From: Chiloscyllium plagiosum
Lineage: Eukaryota
DNA: 64,000 nt
Direction of reading: 5' to 3'
Assembly (NCBI RefSeq): GCF_004010195.1
Contig: NC_057718.1
Location: 63,140,225 to 63,204,224 of the forward strand
Made by a program: the position numbers and the translations under genes. The notes beneath the pieces are model-generated. The model had not been told where the DNA came from and did no database searches. It worked only from the letters and a program-made list of their open reading frames with translations. Of the stretch, positions 24,635-36,744 are shown piece after piece (the first letter of the stretch is position 1; each line of letters begins with the position of its first letter).

Positions 24635-26439
24635 AGATTACTGCAAGAAATAACTTGATGCAATTCCTAAATAAATTAAAACAAAAACAGTTAAACATTT
24701 GTTGACAAACACACAGGTGACAGTCTTCAATCAGAAAGCAACAAAAGAAAAAAAAGTTACAGAAACAAAGAAGCCAAGATGACAACAATACCAAACTTAA
24801 AATCAAAACGCAGCCAATCATTATCCTTTTAAACTGTATCACAAGACTCACCGTCTTGTTCAAATGTACCATATTTGTATAGATTGCAAACCTACAGTCA
24901 AACTGGAGGCAGAAGAGATAAGAGTGAAGATAAACAAGAGTTTATCTTAGAATACTTTTTTTTAAAAATACAAACAGACATTAAACACAACATAGAACCA
25001 AGTTCCAAGTCACAAGCTGCCTTGGAAACTTTTCACTACTGACTGAACAACCGCCAGTCAAGAATTCTTCCATCTGAACTACAATATCATTAGGTCACTT
25101 CTGGCCACCAGATACAGTTCATTAAGGATGGGAAGATGCCCTACTTGCAACCAACTAACTTTTCCCTCTATTTTTATAACGTCTACTTAAAAGTTTAAAA
25201 AATAAACTGGCATGCACAAGTGGGTAAACTCATGAACCAAATGTTCTTTTGAAGAGTTTCCACCTGCAGTTTACTAAATTACTTGATTTCAGACGAGGTT
25301 TTAACACTGTTTAAAACAAGCTAAAGGTCACTTCCCTGTTTTACAACTATCCCAGCATCCCAGGACAATAACAGGGAGAAAAGAGGACACAACAAAAACA
25401 AAACAAAAGGAGTCTCACTCCTGTCAAAGTGCAGTGACTCCGACTGGAATGTACACTGTGGATGTCAGGCAAGGACAGGACTGCATTCAGATGTGATACC
25501 CCACAGTGAAATAGCCTGCCAACACTCACTGTCTAGGCTGGCACTGAACAGTAGCCACTTGGGCAAGATACCAGAGGATGCCCAGCGCTGTGGAACAGTA
25601 CCCCCAGTACGAGTCAACATCTTCAGGAAAAGGTGTAAACTGGAAAAAAACGTTGGCAAATGTACACATTTTAAATTAAGTTATGCACAAAGTTGAATTA
25701 ACAAATATATTATAGATAACAACAGGCTGCAAAATGACCTCCCCCAGCCCCGAATGGGATTGAGGGTGAGAAAATTACTCTGAAAGTCTAAAAACCTAGC
25801 CACCTGCATTACAATACTATGAAATTCAACATTCTGCTAGACACCAAGTCATCAATTCTGTACTTGAATGTGCAGAAACATGTTAAAGAAAGAATTTACA
25901 TCTAACTCTCAAAGTGCTCCAATGTTTGAATTCTCCATTACTGCACATCTTACTTTAGCCGGAGCATGGATCAACTCAAAGAAACAACCCCCCTTAAATC
26001 AACTGAAGGCTTTGCGCATACAGAAGGAACTTTGGTAAGATTTAATGTATGAAGCAAAAGATCAGCTTAAACGACAAATATTCTGATATACACAATGTGC
26101 CATTGTCCAGTTTCTTGCTCCACTTAAATGACTTTAAATGTAAGCAGTTATAAATTGACAATTTATAACTGCTAAAGAAATTTCTATACTAAACCGCTTA
26201 CAAAGTACCTCAAGGCCTACCCATCTTACCTGAAAAGTGATGGCACTAGCATGATCGAGCTTGCTTTATAACTTGCTTTATATTAATAATAAAAAGCATC
26301 CAGAACCTAGACTTGTCAATTAGTCAAGTGTGCTTTAAAAGGAAATTCGCAATATTAAAGAGTCCAAAAACTGTTTACCAAAACACGGTATACGTATACA
26401 CCGTAGTAATAATGCCTCTTAAAATAAACACACTTCCTA

Positions 26440-27680
26440 GGAGTCCCCTCCCTCAGAATCGGAGCATGGCGAGACCATCACGTGATTGGTAGGTGCAGTG
26501 ATTCCGCAGCCGAACCTCGGCCGTTATTTCTGGAACGTTCCACTCCAGATCTCAAAAAAACCAGTGGTCAGACGCACTCAGTAGGATTTAAATGTTTATA
26601 GTTATAGCGACATAAAGTGATCAACTCTCCATGCCAGTGTTTACTATCTCCTTCCCACCAGCCCCACTCCCCAATCCCATTCGACTTTTTTGGTGGTCGC
26701 ACAACCCCCACACAGCGGCTCCGTGTGGTAAACTCGGGTCGTGCAGGCCTTTCCCTCGGCACAGTTTGAGTTTGCAGCCAGGCCTCGGCGGCAGCAACCA
26801 GCGTAGAAAGAATCTTAAAACTTATTAACACTCACCCAAAATTGTTTTGATTTGGTTAAACTGCTAGCCTCCTTCAGTCTAATTGAACGAGCTTCCACCA
26901 CACACCGACTCAGCAACCTTTTTTAAAGATCTTACCCAACACACAGTAGTTCGGTTGAACAGGGGAGGGAAGGGGGCAAGACGAAAAAAAATCAAATGGC
27001 GGGAATTTAAAAAAAATACAAGCACACGCTCAAGGTTCGCTGTTCCCTTTTTTGCTTCTCTTGGTCCAAACACGAAAAGCATAAAAAAGGAAAGTACTTG
27101 AGCTAATCAGCCACAATTTGGAACACTCACTCCTCTGCAAATTTGTTAAACTGTGCGAGTTAATAATTATAACAATTTAACAAAAATGAAAACAACCGCC
27201 ATGCCCGATGCTTAATTTACTTTTTTTCAGAAAGATTTTTTATCTCTTCCGATTCATGTTTCGAGAGCGTTTTTGTAGCAGACCGTGTTCTACTAACAAC
27301 CTCGAAAGCTTCTCTGGCAAAACTAGTAACTGGTTGTAACCGGTTCAGACTGGGAGATTCCATCTCGGTTTAGTTTTCTGCCGATAGGGCGTCAGTATCA
27401 CAAACAGACCAGTCGCGCCGCGTCCTACGTAACGACGCACAAGCGCTGTCAAACAGACGTTCAGGAACATGAGGCTCGACCGCATGTACGCGAGATTACT
27501 TAAAAAAACATTGTCCTCAGGTTGCTCCTTGAGAGCAGTTGTCTGCTGCGTTTTTGCTGGGAGTCGACCTCTGGAGTTGGAGTTGTTACTGAGCATTATT
27601 TGACTGAGCAAAGATGTGGACCTGGCAAATTCATGTTTCGACTACCGGGAGAAGCATAAGTTTATATCGTCACAAACGGA
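26440..27680. promoter_or_regulatory. CpG-enriched XPO1 promoter / first-intron regulatory region
   Basis: CpG density is visibly higher than the flanks (e.g. gtcgcgccgcgtcctacgtaacgacgc ~27412); E2F/YY1-like TTCCCGCCATTT (minus, ~26994-27005); E-box TCACGTGA next to ATTGG (CCAAT) at ~26478-26489. Confidence 0.6.
26836..27350 (-). other. XPO1: Probable XPO1 non-coding exon 1 (3' end well defined, 5' end uncertain)
   Basis: Strong donor TGG|gtgagt at 26836; splicing gives ...TGG TAATCT ATG, resembling the vertebrate XPO1 leader as I recall it; repeat-free and CpG-enriched. Confidence 0.6.
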
Positions 27681-28199
27681 AACAGAAAGTGCTGGAGAAA
27701 CTGAGCAGCTCTGGCAGCGTCTGTGGAGAGGAAAAAACGATCAGATTTTCTCTTCACTAATGCTGCCAGTTCCACCAGCACTTTCTGTTTTTGTTTCGGA
27801 TTTCCAGCACCCGCAGTTCTTTATTTTTATTTTAGTTGACATAATCAGTTGTGCGTGTCTATTTAGATGAGTAGCCAGTTCCCCAATCCCCGCCCTGTTT
27901 ACTTTTTAAAAGCCTCACAGTACTTTAGAGGTCTGTGCGCAAAAAAAGATTCAGCAATGCAAAGTTTGACCGATTTTATTGGTATCTGTGTGTAGATATT
28001 GATGGTGAATAATGACATTGCCTTGGAAATAGAGTTCCCCGTAGTGTTTCTGTACCGTTTTGTGCATTCGATCTTGAATTGTTAGCTTGAATATATTATT
28101 TTTTCACATTAATTCCTTGAAGAGTAATATGACGTGTTGTCAGAATTTGCAGGCCGATTAACCAGTCCACGCATATCTTTCTTTTCCTTCTCTGCTATG

Positions 28200-28860
28200 G
28201 TTCCTCTTTTCCGAGGTCATCTTGTCCAGGAACTCTCCTATTCCCTTGATCCTATTCCCACTTGCTGCTGATCATGCATCTTTTGTTGCTGGTCCCGATG
28301 TCAGCCAATATATCTCTTCACATGTTATCTTTTCGCCTTTAAATCAGGCATTACCAAACCACACCCTTCTCATGTTGATTCCATCTTCAAATTACCATCA
28401 ACATCCCTTCCCTATCCTTGTTAACGTCTCAAATACCTGTCTAGCTTTCCAGGAACTAAGTTTGAATCGCTACAATTAGCTTTCGCCCCTGCTGCAGTTT
28501 CAAAATGGTTCTTATCAAAGTCATAATTAGCAACCTATGCGACTGACAAAGATAACCTCTTCCTCCTTGTCATTCTTGACTTGTCTGCAAGTTTTGACAT
28601 AATTTGCCAACATCTTCCTACAAGACCTCTTCACTGTTATCCAAGTGGGTGAGAATACTCTCTCACCAGGTCCTATTCTAATCTATTCAATCATAGCCAG
28701 AGAATTACTTGCAATATGCTTCATTCATGTTCCCAAGGTTTTTTCCTTGGTTTCTTCCAAATGTGTATCATGTTTCTCATCTGCGCATTGCTTGATCTAA
28801 TATCTCCTTATGTGGCTCAGTGTCATACTTTGTTTTATTTCTCCTGTGACTTGGATCATT
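28200..28860 (+). mobile_element. L2-clade LINE RT relic
   Basis: LIKV....D....FLLVILDLSASFD relic at ~28510-28600. Confidence 0.65.
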
Positions 28861-29149
28861 TATTACCATGTTGAGACTCATGTAATGGCCAGACTCATGT
28901 AAAGGTTGACTTGGCCAAAACATGGTTAATTATTAATATGCCATGTTTATAATTTTCAGCCAAAAATTCCAAGCTCTTTGTTCTTAACATCTGCTGACTA
29001 CTGAATTCAAACTTTTCTTGGTGCAAGCCTAGCTTTTTATATCATGGAATAGCACAGTATTGAAAGTGACTAGTCAGCTCGCCATGTCTGTGCACATCAA
29101 CATATGATGTACACACTATGTTCCTACCCATTTCACCCTTTAAAATGAC

Positions 29150-30960
29150 AGTACGGTATCAAGTGTGGTAGATACTACATAGTTCAATTCAAAATTGAAG
29201 TCAATGACATTGCAGACCAGACAAATAATTTTGCAGCAGGTAGTGAATTCAATGTATTAGAGAAGGACATTGGAGTTTAGAGGAAGTTCCGACACAACTT
29301 ATTCAGGTGCCCAGAAATAAATGTGCAAAACGTGGAAAGCCTAGTAAGTGGTTACAATTGTGAAACAAATTTGCAAAAATAAAGCATTAAAATTCTCAGA
29401 ATATGCCCTTAGTTTCTTGAAGATCTATTTGAATCTTTGCTCTGAAACAAACAAGGAAATCAGGCATTGCAGATTTCAAAGCCAGTCCTAAAAGGAGTAA
29501 CAGGCTTATGAAGACAAACAATGTTGTAATAGAAGATTTGGATTTCATAGTATTCTCCCAGGAGAACGTGACAACAGCTTTACTACATTTTAGTGATTTA
29601 TAACTGTTAGGAAGTCGAAAGGGTGTATGTTCACTTTAAGAAGGGAAGTGTTTTCTGAATTTGAAAATAAATTTAAAGTACAGTCTTTGCTGCTAGAACA
29701 AAACAGCTAAGGGGTGGGCTTTTCCAAAAATAGAGACATGTAACAATTGGCTGTTAAATGGACTTTAGATTGCTGTTTTGACAACAATTCAAATTTAACC
29801 AATTAATTTAAATTGTGTCCAGGATACTAAAATTCAACTGAGTTTGGACTTATTGTATTGACAACATCGGACCAATGAGAGGGAACGATATTGGGGGGGT
29901 GTAAAACCAGGCATTTTGAAAATTTTCAGAGCAATTGCCTTAGAACTAACTGCCCATCTAATATGAAAAGCTCTCAAAGAAACAGAAGGCACTATCTATC
30001 AAAAGATATCTTTTTATGTAAAAAGATTTTGCAGTATAAAGAAAGAAGATCCAGGGAGAAGACAGCAGAATCAGAAGATCAGAAGGAAGATAGCATACGA
30101 GACTTGAGATTAACTTAATGTAATATTTAATAATTGCGCAATTGGACCAGCATTTTGATGGGATTGTGTTCAGTTAAGGGATTGTGGTTACTTAGGGGAA
30201 AGAGTGGTTTGTTAATAGTTTAGTGTTCACTATTAGAGTTAGGAAAATAATCTGTTATTTTTGTTTAACTAGTGGAAATTAGGAGTTGTAGTCACTGGCA
30301 CATATTTTAACAGATTCTGAGGTGATCTTTTCTGGGTTTGAATTATCATTGGAGTTCGACCTCCGCGTCATAAAAATAACAAACATCAACAAAAGAGAGG
30401 ATAGAGATTGGCCTACATTGGAAATATGGATGAGACTCCCATTTGACATGCAAGCCAGTCAAATGGTAAGCAAATTTGGTGAGAAAGTAGTATTAATGAA
30501 GATAATGGCCCATGAAAAGAGAAAATTCACAATTGTGTTATTGTCTGTGTCCAACAGGACAAAAATTAAATTGATGTTGATATTCAAGAGAAAAAAATCC
30601 AAAAACAGCAATTTTCAAAAGGACTAGTTGTTCATATTCATGATAAAGGATGGATGAGTGAAGATGACTTCAAAAATGGTTGAGAAAAGTTTCAAGCTTC
30701 CAACCAGAAGGATTATGTGGAGAAAATGTCTTCTCATCTGGGATATGTTCATAATCACGCACATTGTTGATGCTGTTGCTGAGATTGGCTCATAAAATGG
30801 TCACACTGCAGTGATTTATAGTGATCCAACCAACTTTAATCAACCGTTGGATGTCTTTGTGAAGACAAACACTTAAAAGATAATAGAATGACTAGATGAT
30901 TGGAGGGTAATCAAAGGAGGCAAAATACTACCTCTGACATTATTAATCCGATATGAGTAG
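29150..30960 (+). mobile_element. pogo/Tc2-like DNA transposon transposase relic, split by an LTR-like insert
   Basis: GNMDETP (30420), HEKRKFTIVL..KLMLIFKRK, KGWM, LLIWDMF, AVI..QPLDV; N-terminal HTH-like TNNFAAGSEFNV and DFKAS at 29220-29490. Confidence 0.75.
29522..30375 (+). mobile_element. Probable solo LTR
   Basis: Non-coding block interrupting the transposase; starts TGTTGTAA and ends GTCATAAAA, similar to the ..CATAATA end of the LTR at 58785. Confidence 0.4.
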
Positions 30961-31126
30961 ACTGTAAAGATCTGAAATGAAATCAGAACAGTGATTGTCA
31001 GCAATATTGAATGCACAGACATAAATATTTTTGGAATAATATAGCTGATAATGACATGAATGGTGATGAATATGGTGGCTGTTTTCACACTGTAGGGATT
31101 CTGTGAAAAAATATGAAATATAATAT

Positions 31127-31583
31127 TTGGAGTGCAGGTTCATAACTCCTTGAAAGTGGAGTCGCAGGTAGATAGGATAGTGAAGAAGGCGTTTGGTATG
31201 CTTTCCTTTATTGGTACAGGAGTTGGGAGATCATGTTGCGGCTGTACAGGACATTGGTTAGACCATTGTTGGAATATTGTGTGCAATTCTGGTCTCCTTC
31301 CTATCGGAAAGATGTTGTGAAATTTGAAAGGGTTCAGAAAAGATTTACAAGGATGTTGCCAGGGTTGGAGGATCTGAGTTAGAGCTGCCAGAGGATGTGG
31401 TGGAGGCTGGTACAAAATTTGAGCATTTAAGAGGCATTTTGGATGGGTATATGAATAGGAAGAGTTTGGAGGGATATGGGCCGGGTGCTGGCTGGTGGGA
31501 CTAGATTGGGTTGGGATATCTGGTCGGCATGGACGGGTTGGACCAAAGGGTCTGTTTCCATGCTGTACATCTCTATGACTATT
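31127..31583 (+). mobile_element. HER1 LINE 3' end with deletions
   Basis: VQVHNSLKVESQVDRIVKKAFGML; tail gtacatctctatgact. Confidence 0.9.
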
Positions 31584-32848
31584 TAAGAAGCAGGTTGAAA
31601 GAAGCTACTTAATTCTGAGAAAAAGTTGGTAATTTAATATTTTTTAAAGCTGTTGAGTACATGCTGTTCTAATAATTATTATTCTTTCCATTCTCACTAA
31701 GGTTCAAAATGCTGTGTTGTCTTTGCTGCAAAGTTTCAAACTCATATCTTCAGCTGTTTTTGGGAGGTGGTTTTAAAAGTAAACGTTTGATTGTAACTCC
31801 AACTAATAACTTATGCCATGGGTTGACTCAGTCCAAAAAAGATTACCCTTATGTGTCTTTATTCCCTCCACTCAAAGGTTATAAGATTATTTTAAAAATG
31901 CGAAACATTGGAAATTCCTTGTTCCTACTTAATTCAATGTGGACATATTGCCTGACTCTGATGGCATGTCTTCAGCCTTTTGAAAGAATGCAGTGTGGTG
32001 ACACTGGCTTTGTTTACAATTTTCTAGTGTTCCATAATGAATGTGCTCTTGGAGAGCCTGGAATGTAAACACCTTTGTTAAAATAAGCAGATTAACTTCA
32101 TAACTGTACACAAGTTAGTAATCAATTAGTATCAATTGTGAGTAAACTTTTGGAATCTCAAATCTGAGATGAAATAACCTGGTATTAGAAATGAATAGGG
32201 TTAACAAAGACAGCTAACATTGATAAACAGAATTTGGTTTTTAGTGAAGTCAATGATTGAATAGTGTAATAAAATGCATATTTATTTTGAAGGCATTCTA
32301 GAAGAAGCCTCACAAAAGCTCATTAGAAAATACCTAAATATAGTATGTGAAGAAGTTTGGCACTATGGATAGAATAGATATAAAATACTGTGGATGTTGG
32401 AAATCTGAAATAAACACCAAGAATACTGGAGAAACTCAGTAGGTGTGGCAGCATCTCAGGGAGAGAAATAGAGTAAATGTTTTAAGTCCACTACGACTGT
32501 TAAGAACCAGATAGAAAATTGTTTGATGTTCAAGAGCCAAAAATTTAGAATAACTGGATGTTCCTGGCATTAGATAATGTGAAAATTTATGTATTCGGGA
32601 TGATTTGTGATCCCAGATTCACTTTTCTTGATTTTTACTGATGATTTGGACTTGGTTCATGGGAACGTAACCTTAAAACTTACTGATGATAAGAATAATA
32701 GGGGAATTCATAATCAACAAAGAGGACAAAAGGCTGCAAAGTAGAGACTGGATTTTACAGAGTCAGTTGGAGCCTATAAATGCCCCACCCCTTTCCAGCC
32801 AATATAGTTTTTGGAGAAATGTGGTGAATCTAGTTGTTTTAAATAATG

Positions 32849-32976
32849 GAGAAAGTGAGGACTGCAGATGGTGGAGATCAGAATCAAGGATGTGATGCTG
32901 GAAAAGCACAGCAGGTTAGGCAGCATCCAAGGAGCAGGAGAATCGACATTTCGGGCAAAAGCCCTTCATCAGGAAT
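32849..32976 (-). mobile_element. Short hammerhead-bearing element
   Basis: Minus strand AGATTC CTGATGA A GGGC TTTT GCCC GAAA TG TC GATTCT, followed by the same body as 54827-54951. Confidence 0.8.
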
Positions 32977-35316
32977 CTGGGTTTGCATCCATTGTAAAAA
33001 GATTAATTACAATTTCCTTGGGTAATAGGAAGCAGTGGTCCATGTGGTCTGATAAAACTTGATCTAGAAAGAGAACCAGCAGGAAATAAGTTAATTAAAC
33101 CTTATGGCTAGCAGACAAAGTAGAGCTTCAGATATAAGGGAAGCATACAGAGTGAGAAAGAGAAAGACAAAAACATCTTGTGAGGAGAAGAAGCAAACCA
33201 CCTCTTCGGAGGTCAGTTTTGCTTAATGATTTTCAGAAAAAGAGACACAAGCTGTTTGAGGTATGATGTGAGATACCTTAGTGATGCAAAGAACAGCATA
33301 TTTTGTCAGCAGTGGTTAGAAATATATTGGTCCCTTCACCAATTTACCATCAAGACCACCTTGGCCTGAAAGAGAGAGAGAGAGTTTATTAAAATGCAGT
33401 TGGCAAATTATAAGTGTACCTATTAAATGTTGAAGGTGAAAGCTTTTATCAAATCAGATTGCTGACCTATCTGATCTGAGAAAAAACAGTATATTGTCAA
33501 TATTCCTACACGGTTCCACATTCATGCAGCAAGTTACGTAAATATTTGAAGATGCATAATACATAATTGTTTTATTGACTAATGTGGAACTCTCTTATTT
33601 GAAGTACTATAGGTGTGCTACTTCTTGTTTAATTTATGTTGTTTGTGATCTCTGTTAAAGTAAAAGTTACAAAATGTGAAATCTTGTTTGGTAGTTTTTT
33701 CATTCATTTAGGTAAATGTGGTTATTTTGGTTTACATTTCCTCCAATTAGGATATCATAACATTGAATAGAAGGTTGTGTTAATAACATATCAACCCATT
33801 TGAAGGATTTTAAAATCTTCAAATAGATATCATAATTAGGAGTTTATTTCTGTATCACATGTGCATGAGTGAGAGCCCTATTTGACTGTAGGAAGTTTTT
33901 CCTATTTCATTTCCCCCAGCACCTAAAGACCACCTGCAGTGGATACTGGACACGTGGCTATGGAGGTGGCATGGCAACATGAGGTATCGTGGGGCTGTAA
34001 GGTGGGATGAGGCATATGAGTTTGCATTGTGGTAACATACGAGTGTGTGCTTGCATGGGTGGGGCATTGGGGTGGGATGGGGGGGTTGAGGTGTGAGGGC
34101 AAAAGGACTGAACAGACTTTTATGAAACTGGACCAAAGTCTTAGACAACTGAAGTTAGCCTTCTAACTATCCCAATAAAGAGACCATATGCCTCCATGGC
34201 CACCTCTGAACTTCCTCCTGAAGTTTAACTCAACCATGCCGTCAGCTCCCGCAAAGAACCATTTTGTGTAACAGGGCCTTTGCTATCAAAATTAGGGCAA
34301 AAACTGCTCTTTGAAAGGCACAATATAATTTTAAATTCCTTACATTCTCTCTAAATTACATTCTGTCTACAGGTGACATAGGTGTGGGGAATAGCCAGAA
34401 ATATGGGAAATACAACCCATTTAGATAAGAAAAGTAGTATCATGGAAAGTAAAAGAATCAGAGTATCAAAGAATGCAAGTACATACTTAATGAAAAGGAC
34501 TGAAAAAATATAAATGAGGTGAAGACTTAGGACTTCAAATGCACAATCCATAAAAGTACAAATGCATGTAGATAAAGCCATAGAAAGGCTAACACAATTT
34601 TAGATTTATTGATATAGACATGTAGACAGACATGATGAATTTATGATGGATTTACCAAGATTGGACAATAACTAAGGGATACTGAGAAACTAAGGCAAGC
34701 CTTGATCAAAGTGACTGTGCTAGTAAACATGCTTAGAATCCAGAAAGGCTGCAGCCACCAACAGACAGTTTGCAACCAACCTGGTAGCTGCAGACCCTAC
34801 AATACACACCCCAATTTGGGTTTGAATGGAGTCAATGGAATGTCATCCCCAGGGTGATCGGAAACATCAAGGTGAATATCAGACATGGAGGTACCTCACA
34901 TAATTTGGAGGAGGTTACGTACACCGAGCACCTCCAGGAATGCCTAAGGACCACCCTGCCATCAACATGCCAAGGCCTGGTTGGGTCCAATCGATGAGGA
35001 TGATCTAGCCTGATTGATCTATTGGAAGACATTAAAGTCTCTCCCAAGAAGGCAAGAAGATTTTGCAGTATAAGAATCATTGCAACACCACCCTCAGTGC
35101 AATAACTCGAGACCAACCACTGGGAAGGTATCCCTGAGATCAATTAGAGAAGACGACCAGACAATATCACCACATGCAGCATGGCCAAGTTCTAATGTGG
35201 TGGTATGTGATCATCCAGAGTTAAGTTAAAGCATAAGATAGATTACTAGTGTGAATAGTTAATTTATAGTATATTTTGTTGTGATCGTATTAATTGTGTC
35301 AAATAAATGAGTATTA

Positions 35317-35620
35317 TTAGATTACCTACAGTGTGGAAACAGGCCCTTTGGCCCAACAAGTCTTCACCGACCCTCCGAAGAGAAACCCACCCCTCTATAT
35401 TTACCCCTGACTAATCCACCTAACACTATGGGCAATTTAGCATGGCCAATTCACCTAACCTGCACATCTTTGGACTGTGGGAGGAAACCAGAGCACCCGG
35501 AAGAAACCCAGACAGACATGGGGAGAATGTGCAAACTCCACACAGCAGTTGCCCGAGGCTGGAATTGAACCCGGGTCCCTGGCGCTGTGAGGCAGCAGTG
35601 TTAACCACTGAGCCACCGTG
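35317..35620 (-). mobile_element. HE1-type SINE
   Basis: tRNA head with A/B boxes, V-domain and aatctaa tail on the minus strand. Confidence 0.9.
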
Positions 35621-35624
35621 AGTC

Positions 35625-36565
35625 AAGAATTTACATGTACCTGGATGGACAAGGACTGATTAGAGATAGTCAACATGGCTTTGTGTGTGGGAAATCATTT
35701 CTGACTAACTTCATTAAGTTTTTTTAAGAAGTAACAAAGAGGATTGATGCAGGCAGAGCAGTGGATGTGATCTATATGGATTTCAGTAAGGCGTTCGACA
35801 TGATTCCTCATAGTAGACTGGTTAGCAAGGTTAGATCACATGGAATACAAGGAGAACTAACCACTTGGATACAGAACTGGCTCGAAGATAGAAGACAGTG
35901 GGTGATGATGGAGAGGTGCTTTTCAAACTGGAGACCTGTCACCAGTGATATGCTACAAGGATCAGTGCTGGGTCAATTGCTTTTTGTCATTTATATAAAT
36001 GATTTGGATGTGAACATAGCAGGTATAGTTAGTAAGTTTGCAGATGACACCAAAATTGGAAGTGTAGTGAACAGCGCAGAAGCTTACCTCAGAGTACAAT
36101 AGGATCTTGATCAGATGGGCCAATGGGCTGAGGAGTGGCAGGTGGAGTTTAATTTCGACAATGCAAATCAGGGCAGGAATTACACACTTAATGGTAAGGT
36201 CCTGGGGAGTGTTGCCAAATAAAGAGACCTTGGAGTGCAGGTTCATAGTTCCTTGAAAGTGGATTCTCAGGTGGATAGGATGGTGTAGAAGATGTTTAGT
36301 ATGCTTTCCTTAATTGGTCAGAGCATTGGCTTTATGAGTTGGGAGGTCATGTTCCGGCTGTACAGGACATTGGTTTTTGAATACTTTTTGAATATTGCGT
36401 GCAGTTCTGGTTTCCCTCCAATAGGAAGGATGTTGTGAAATTTGGAAGGGTTCAGAAAAGATGTACAAGGATGTTATGCAGACTAGGATGGTTTGAGCTA
36501 TAGGGAGAGGCTGAATAGGCTGATGCTGTTTTCCCTGGAGCATTGGAGGCTGAGGGGTGACCTTA
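35625..36565 (+). mobile_element. HER1 LINE RT fragment
   Basis: DVIYMDFSKAFD, QGSVLG, YINDL, KFADDTK. Confidence 0.9.
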
Positions 36566-36744
36566 CATTAAAACATTTCATAGATTGAAGAGGGAAATGC
36601 TGTTTTTCTTGTTTTGGGAATCATTGACAAGTCATCATGAAAATTAATTGCTTGTTAAGAATAAGGGAAAAGCTTGCAAGAGTTTCTTGTTGGATTATTG
36701 GCACGTGAAATACTCTGCGATAGGAAGTTATTGAAAAATAGAAT

